Shown here one piece after another: positions 58,318-64,000 of a stretch of DNA of 64,000 nt. Where the stretch lies: NCBI GenBank assembly GCA_963662465.1, contig OY759599.1:3840001-3904000 (forward strand), written 5' to 3'. This stretch comes from Desulfatiglandales bacterium (lineage in GTDB: Bacteria; Desulfobacterota; DSM-4660; Desulfatiglandales; Desulfatiglandaceae). How positions within the stretch are numbered: the stretch's first letter is position 1; each line of letters begins with the position of its first letter. The position numbers and the translations under genes were made by a program. Under the pieces are notes generated by a model. That model was not told the DNA's origin and searched no databases. It was given only the letters and a program-made list of their open reading frames with translations.

Positions 58318-60273
58318 CTAAGCCTCATTCAGTTCTGCTATGTTTGCGTAAAAGTCCAGAGCGTCCGGGTTGCTCAATGCATCCTTGTTCAGCACCGGTT
58401 GTCCCTCGATGGTTTTCTTCACGGCCAGTTCCACTTTTTTCATATTCAGGGTGTAGGGGATGTCAGGCACAGCGATGATTTTGGCCGGTACATGTCTGGG
58501 GGAGGCATGGGTTCTGAGGGTTGTCTTAATCTGTTTTTTCAGATCTTCGCTAAGGGTTTGGCCTTCCGCCATTTTTACGAAGAGAACCACCCGAACGTCA
58601 TTTTTCCACTTTTGCCCCACCACCAGGCAGTCGGCGATTTCAGGAATCTGTTCAACCTGGCGGTATATTTCCGCCGTTCCGATTCTCACGCCCCCAGGGT
58701 TCAATGTGGCGTCGGACCGTCCATAAATAACCACGCCCCCCCGGTCGTTGATTTCGATAAAATCCCCGTGTCGCCAGATATTGGGATACACATCGAAGTA
58801 GGCCGAATGATACCGTTCGCCCTTAGGGTCGTCCCAGAAATAGATGGGCATGCAAGGCGCGGGCGCCGTACAGACCAGTTCCCCCTGTTCATTGATGACC
58901 GGTTTTCCGTCGGGGTCAAAAGCCTCCACCTTCATGGCCAGCTGTCGGCACTGAAGTTCACCGGCATAGACCGGGCCCATGGGGTTGCCGCCGGCAAAGC
59001 ATCCATTGATGTCCGAGCCTCCCGATATGGAAGCCAGTTGCAGGTCGCTTTTGACTTCGTTGTAGATGAATTCGAACCCTTCCTCGGAAAGGGGCGAACC
59101 CGTTGACATGAGGGCCTTCAGTGGAGAAAGATCGTATTCTTTTCCGGGGCAAACGCCGGCATTCTGCAAGGCAGCAATGTATCCCGCGCTGGTGCCGAAA
59201 ATGGTGATTTTTTCGTCCTGGGCCATTTTCCAAAGGGCGCCTGGATTGGGATGAAAGGGATTTCCGTCAAAGAGTACGAGGGTCGCTCCCACGCTCAGTG
59301 AAGTTGTGAGCCAGTTCCACATCATCCATCCGCAGGTGGTAAAATAAAATATTCTGTCCTTACGCTTAAGATCCGCATGGAGCAGCAGCTCTTTCATCTG
59401 ATGGATCAGGATGCCCCCCGCGCTCTGGACCATGCATTTGGGAAGCCCCGTGGTGCCGGAGGTAAACATGATGTACAGGGGATGGTCGGCGGGAAGTTGT
59501 TCAAACTGAATTTCAGTCGGTTCAAAGGTGGATCTGATGTCATTGTAGCTGACGGCATTGGGAACATGGCTAATGTCGGGATTTTTATGAACGTAGGGCG
59601 TCACGACGACCTTTTCAATGGAAGGCAGGTTTTTCAAGATATCCGCTACCCGGCCCAGGGAATCCAATTCTTTCCCCTTGAAGAGATACCCGTCGGCGGT
59701 AAACAGGATTTTGGGTTTGATCTGACCGAAGCGATCCAGTACGCCTTTGATGCCGAAGTCAGGTGAACAGGAGGACCATGCGGCGCCAAGGCTGGTTGTC
59801 GCCAGCATGGCAATGATGGTCTCGGGAATATTCGGCATGAAGCCCGCTACGCGATCATCGGGACCCACGCCCATCTTTTTAAGGTACTGGGCCAGCTGGG
59901 ACACCTCATCATAGAGCTGTGCATAGGTGATTTGAATGGTGTCGCGACTTTCGCCTTTAAAGACAATGGCCACATGGTCGTCCCGGTAGCGGAGAAGGTT
60001 TTCCGCGAAATTGAGTCTCGCCCCCTGAAACCATTTGGCGCCGGGCATTTTGGTGATATCGTCCACCACCTGTTCGTAGGGTCTGGAAGACTTGATTCGG
60101 GCAAAATCCCACATAGTTGCCCAGAAATCAGATATGTTGTCAATGGACCATTGGTAGAGCTGCTTGTAATCGACGAAATCTTTGTTGAACTTTTCGTTGA
60201 TGATGCCCATAAACCGGTAAATGTTGGAATTTTTGATCCTGTCTTCGGATGGTTGCCATAACAATTTGCCCAT
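58318..60273 (-). CDS. Acetoacetate--CoA ligase
   Basis: LWQPS, WF.GARLNFAENLL, SSCSPDFG, FTSGTTGLPKC, TTCGWMMWNW, SGGSD, WRHGD, GRSDATLNPGGVRIGTAEIY. Confidence 0.95.
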   Translation of the reverse strand: MGKLLWQPSEDRIKNSNIYRFMGIINEKFNKDFVDYKQLYQWSIDNISDFWATMWDFARIKSSRPYEQVVDDITKMPGAKWFQGARLNFAENLLRYRDDHVAIVFKGESRDTIQITYAQLYDEVSQLAQYLKKMGVGPDDRVAGFMPNIPETIIAMLATTSLGAAWSSCSPDFGIKGVLDRFGQIKPKILFTADGYLFKGKELDSLGRVADILKNLPSIEKVVVTPYVHKNPDISHVPNAVSYNDIRSTFEPTEIQFEQLPADHPLYIMFTSGTTGLPKCMVQSAGGILIHQMKELLLHADLKRKDRIFYFTTCGWMMWNWLTTSLSVGATLVLFDGNPFHPNPGALWKMAQDEKITIFGTSAGYIAALQNAGVCPGKEYDLSPLKALMSTGSPLSEEGFEFIYNEVKSDLQLASISGGSDINGCFAGGNPMGPVYAGELQCRQLAMKVEAFDPDGKPVINEQGELVCTAPAPCMPIYFWDDPKGERYHSAYFDVYPNIWRHGDFIEINDRGGVVIYGRSDATLNPGGVRIGTAEIYRQVEQIPEIADCLVVGQKWKNDVRVVLFVKMAEGQTLSEDLKKQIKTTLRTHASPRHVPAKIIAVPDIPYTLNMKKVELAVKKTIEGQPVLNKDALSNPDALDFYANIAELNEA

Positions 60274-60378
60274 TTTTCACTCCTTCCGCTATTTAAGATT
60301 TGGCCGGCGCTGAAAAAAGTACCCATATCACTAATTGAACCGGTTTTCAAAAGAAACCGCATTTTATGTTGGATGTGG

Positions 60379-61257
60379 CTATCTCCCGCCGTTCAGTGAT
60401 TTCAGGGCAAGGAATAGGGCGTGGGTACCTGAACGGCCATGCCCCTGCGCTTTAACCGCCAGATATAATTGCTGCACCAAGGCCAACCCTGGAAGGGCCA
60501 GCCCAATTTCCTCGGCTTCCTTGAGGGCGATTCCCATGTCTTTGATGAAATGTTCAACGAAAAACCCGGGATTAAAATCGCCTTTTACGATTCGAGGTCC
60601 TAGATTGCTGATGGACCATGAACCTGCCGCGCCTGTCTCAACAATGTCGATGACCTGCTGCATGTCCAGCCCCTGCCGGTGTGCATAAAGAAGGGCTTCA
60701 CAAACCCCGATCATGGTGCCCGCAACGAGGATTTGGTTGGCCATTTTAGTGTGTTGGCCATTGCCCGCATCGCCCATAAAGGAGATGGTTTTTCCCATGA
60801 TCTGGAAGAGCGGCAGTACGGTTTCAAAAACCTCTCTTTTTCCGCCGACCATAATCGCCAGTTTTGCCTCTTTGGCGCCCACGTCGCCGCCTGAAACCGG
60901 CGCATCAAGGCTTTCGATCCCCAATTTTGCTGCCGCCTCATAGATGATTCTGGCAAGACTCGGCTGGCTGGTGGTCATGTCCACGACGATTTTGCAGGTG
61001 GCATTTTCGTGAAGAATGCCTGTTTTCCCCAGGAAAATATCCTGAACATCTTCCGGATGTCCCACAATGGAAAAAACAATCTCTGAATTTGATGCCACAT
61101 CCGCGGGTGAGTTATACCATGTGGCGCCATGGTCAAGCAGTGTCTGAGCCCGCTTTTTGGAGCGGGTAAAAACAGAAATATCATGCCCCGCCCTCTGAAG
61201 GCGCCCCGCCATGGATGCACCCATTACGCCTGTGCCGATCCAGCCGATTTGCATCAT
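60379..61257 (-). CDS. NAD(P)-dependent oxidoreductase (3-hydroxyisobutyrate dehydrogenase family)
   Basis: GWIGTGVMG, DAPVSGGDVGA, GQHTKMANQ, F.PGF...HFIKD. Confidence 0.93.
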   Translation of the reverse strand: MMQIGWIGTGVMGASMAGRLQRAGHDISVFTRSKKRAQTLLDHGATWYNSPADVASNSEIVFSIVGHPEDVQDIFLGKTGILHENATCKIVVDMTTSQPSLARIIYEAAAKLGIESLDAPVSGGDVGAKEAKLAIMVGGKREVFETVLPLFQIMGKTISFMGDAGNGQHTKMANQILVAGTMIGVCEALLYAHRQGLDMQQVIDIVETGAAGSWSISNLGPRIVKGDFNPGFFVEHFIKDMGIALKEAEEIGLALPGLALVQQLYLAVKAQGHGRSGTHALFLALKSLNGGR

Positions 61258-61374
61258 AATGGTTCTCCTTCGTGCTTTAACGCTATCCTTCCTTCATCGC
61301 ATATGTATTATGTAATATGAATTTGAGCTTTCAATGTCAATCAAATCTATTTATAAAGAGGGAGGGCAATACCC

Positions 61375-61635
61375 ATGAAAAAGATGATGGTCTGTTTGAT
61401 GATGCTGTTGTTTTTGGTCGTTCCGATTTTTGAAAAAACGGCTATTTTTCGATATAACCCCGGCGCCGAGGTTAACAGTCTTGGAACGTGTCAAAGCGGA
61501 AGCAACATAGCGTTGTCTGAAAACGGGGACCATGAGGATGACGATGCCACGGATAACGGTGAGGATCGTATGGATGGCGAATGCACCGAGGTTTTTCTTG
61601 GTGACGAAATATTTTTTCACGTTAATCCGTGTTGA
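61375..61635 (+). CDS. Small secreted hypothetical protein, possibly truncated by IS debris
   Basis: RBS GAGGGAGG; MKK plus hydrophobic signal; acidic tail. Confidence 0.4.
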   Translation: MKKMMVCLMMLLFLVVPIFEKTAIFRYNPGAEVNSLGTCQSGSNIALSENGDHEDDDATDNGEDRMDGECTEVFLGDEIFFHVNPC

Positions 61636-62046
61636 GCCTTCTTTTTTGACTTTTTCTCCTTCTTGCCTATTTGTTCCTTTCTCTCTTTTTCCGAGGATAC
61701 GTCCTTACCTTTGCCGCCTCCTTTATTACCACGGATATTCGGTTTGCCCTGCTCCCCTTTCAACCTGTTGTTTTCATCGCGCAGTCTCTGGGTCTCAATC
61801 TTCAATTTCTCATTTTCTTCACTCAATCTTTCAACAAGATTTAAAAGGACTGAAATGGTTCTAGACAACGCTTCGTTGTCGCGAATACCTGCGTTAAAAT
61901 CGATATTGTGAAGGATTTCTTTTATCTCTTGAGGGCTCATATTTCAAGCATAGCATTATCCGTTCAATTTGTTCTCCAAAAATTGAATCTTTTTTCGTTC
62001 CCCATGCCTTTTTATTTTTTTGCTGAAACTACCAGGGAATTTGAAT
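61632..62046 (-). mobile_element. IS66-family remnant (left end plus transposase N-terminus, ORF 61617-61940)
   Basis: LLNLVE...LRDENNRLKGEQGKP...DVSSEKER. End sequence ACCAGGGAATTTGAAT is shared with the MITE at 36620-36635. Confidence 0.7.
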
Positions 62047-63466
62047 GGGTGCGGCTCTTTTTCGACGACCCGTGAAACAGTTTGCTGTAGTTCATAGCTC
62101 ACCTCATCTACCAGATTATACTATTTGATTACTTTCAGATGACCGCTCTTGGAAAACGGAAGCGGAGTGGAGGTAGGTGGAACGACGCCGCCTGCGTAGA
62201 GATCCTGATGCTTCCGTTTGTATTCACAGGCCTCATGGAAGACCCAATACTCGTCAAAATCCTTGCTGGAGCGCAGGGCGCGCAAGCGTAGTACTGCTTC
62301 GGCGATACTCTCCAACGGTCGTGATTTACACCCTAGGGCGACTTGTTCAGTAGGTAAGTTGCACAGGCATCCACGGGCTCATCTCCGAGTTTTTTGCGTG
62401 TGGCACTACGACGCATCCCACCTGCCATCAAGCCGGCTTTTCCCTTAAGGACTCCGAGAAGACGATGTCGGACCCAATTCTCAAGCTCCGGGCCGAATTT
62501 GGGGTGAAATACTCTGCCTGCTTTCCACACATCGATCACGTGGATAATATCGACGATGACCGTAATATCCACCCCTTTTTCCCTGCCCATACGGTTCAGA
62601 ATATCAAGCTGGGTATTATTGCTATCGACCAGTGCAACCCAGTGCTTCTCCTCATTTGGATCACGGTGAGATGCTTCGTCAAACGCATCTCCGATGACCT
62701 GCTCGGCGGATTTCTCGATACTCGACCATACCCGTTTTTGTTCTGGACGAGGACGTTTCGTCTTAGCGATAGCACAGCTGACTTCGGAGACTATCTCTTC
62801 CGGAGTGCGTTCGAGGGTGTCGGTGGTGTACACGGCCGATACGGTAGCCATTCGCTTGGAATCCTTCTTTTCACCCTGAGAGAGTCGTTTTCCCATCTTT
62901 TGCTTACGCTTTTTGGCTGCCTTCCGGGTCTACTCTCTAAGATCTTCTTCGTGCATCACCACCCCTTTCCCATCGGCAGTGATCACCAGCACCGGGCCCG
63001 TATCCTCGCCCCCTCCGGGTTCGCATTGGCGTATCTCGTAAAAGGCGTCGAAGTCCTGGGCCGCTCGTTGGGTCAATTCTTCGACCTGGCGCTTAGGAAC
63101 ATGGCCGCCGGTGGTCTTTGCGATCGTCTCTACAGTCTCGTCGAAGGAGTTCTTTGCCACCTCAGTGGCCACCCGGTGGCGAAGTTCGAGCGAATAGCGC
63201 TCGGGGGAAAGATTGAGCTCTGCATCCAGCGGATAGAGGCTATCTGTGCTCTCTTGCCCGTATCCAGTACGGCTTGCCCTGACAGTACCAATGGTCTCAA
63301 GGTTCCGCTCATGAAGCCTTACTTGCGGTCGCTCGATACCGTCAGCACCGCGGACAGGTTCATCGCAACGCCCGGGGCTTCGGCTGTCCAGATGCTCCTG
63401 CAGCAGGATGCGCATCAGTTGCCGCCCTCTTTTTTCAAGTTCTCGTTCCAGTTCACTGTGGGACAT
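62047..63466 (-). pseudogene. ISKra4-family transposase, fragmented, with one terminal repeat
   Basis: Fragments YPLDAELNL..ERYS, ADGKGVVM, KRMATV.AVY, DIIHV, AEAVLRLRALRSS.DFDEYW; several frameshifts; end GGGTGCGGCTCTTTT at 62047. Confidence 0.8.
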
Positions 63467-63579
63467 CGAACAACCCTCCCCGGAATCAACGAAAAATCGG
63501 TTGAGAGCCTAAAACGGAAACGCTCCATCTGTTTTCTTCTTTACACAACAAAAACTTTGACCTATAAGGATATTACAGT

Positions 63580-63885
63580 GAATACACGGATGTTCTTCAG
63601 AGGGAATATTTTCTCAAATATTTCACGCCATCTGAACGTGAGGATGTCATTGGCTATCTTGTCAAAAATTCCCATTACACCTTATCAAAAGTTATTGCAT
63701 GAGATATGCCTGATGAAGGCGATGCGACCTTTCTGGAAATCGCCTTAAACGAAGGGGTTCTCCTGATCACCGGAAACCTCAAACATTACCCTGAGCCCGC
63801 AAGAATGGAGTATCGCGTCTTAACGCCCCGGCAATTTATCGATGATTATCCGGCAATAGCAGAGCAACGTGGCGAAACCGGATAA
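63580..63885 (+). pseudogene. PIN-family toxin fragment
   Basis: EYTDVLQR...*DMPDEGDATFLEIA...LITGNLKHYP...VLTPRQF, with an in-frame TGA and a missing 5' end. Confidence 0.65.
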
Positions 63886-63929
63886 AGCGTAAAAAACTTT
63901 TGGGCATAAATTTAAGGAGGGGATCACTG

Positions 63930-64000
63930 ATGAAACATCAAGAAAACGAATGGATTGTTCCGGTTATTCTGGCGGCGCTGTGTCTGGCCCTGGCAGGCTG
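63930..64000 (+). CDS. 3'-partial putative lipoprotein
   Basis: RBS AAGGAGGG; MKHQENEWIVPVILAALCLALAG(C), lipobox-like. Confidence 0.5.
   Translation, partial: MKHQENEWIVPVILAALCLALAG

Noticed and set aside
62465..63748. 427-aa + strand ORF
   Set aside because: Antisense shadow of the ISKra4 transposase remnants.

Overview
Bacterial chromosomal window, probably from a Desulfobacterota (deltaproteobacterial) genome; this is inferred from gene content, PEP-CTERM genes, heptamer repeats and a selenoprotein. (1) About 1-24 kb is an accessory island. Almost all cargo genes lie on the + strand: secreted proteins, a serine hydrolase, a PqqD/HPr-kinase + nucleotidyltransferase + twin small-peptide locus, a TA-like pair, an acyltransferase, a tail-fibre-like protein and a PEP-CTERM protein. 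They are separated by a family of long, co-oriented, mosaic non-coding repeats containing 11-6-11 inverted-repeat cores and NrdR-box-like palindromes. A non-IntI tyrosine recombinase, an IS200 and an HU gene sit among them. (2) About 24-28 kb holds a TOTE-type primase/SF2 helicase/PLD fusion and an Sfp-type PPTase. (3) About 28.9-48.1 kb is a Wzx/Wzy exopolysaccharide cluster with PAPS-supply genes (cysQ, sat-cysC), rmlA/rmlC and a WecB-STAS fusion. (4) About 48-61 kb holds an archaeal-type UMP kinase, an Hpt and hybrid kinase preceded by a UGA-readthrough (selenocysteine) rhodanese, two sigma-54 PEP-CTERM genes and metabolic genes. (5) About 61.6-63.9 kb is IS66/ISKra4 debris and a PIN pseudogene. 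Two MITE families with target-site duplications are visible. No rRNA, tRNA or CRISPR array was recognised. The best candidates for an undescribed system are the recombinase-associated repeat/cassette array and the kinase/nucleotidyltransferase peptide-modification locus.
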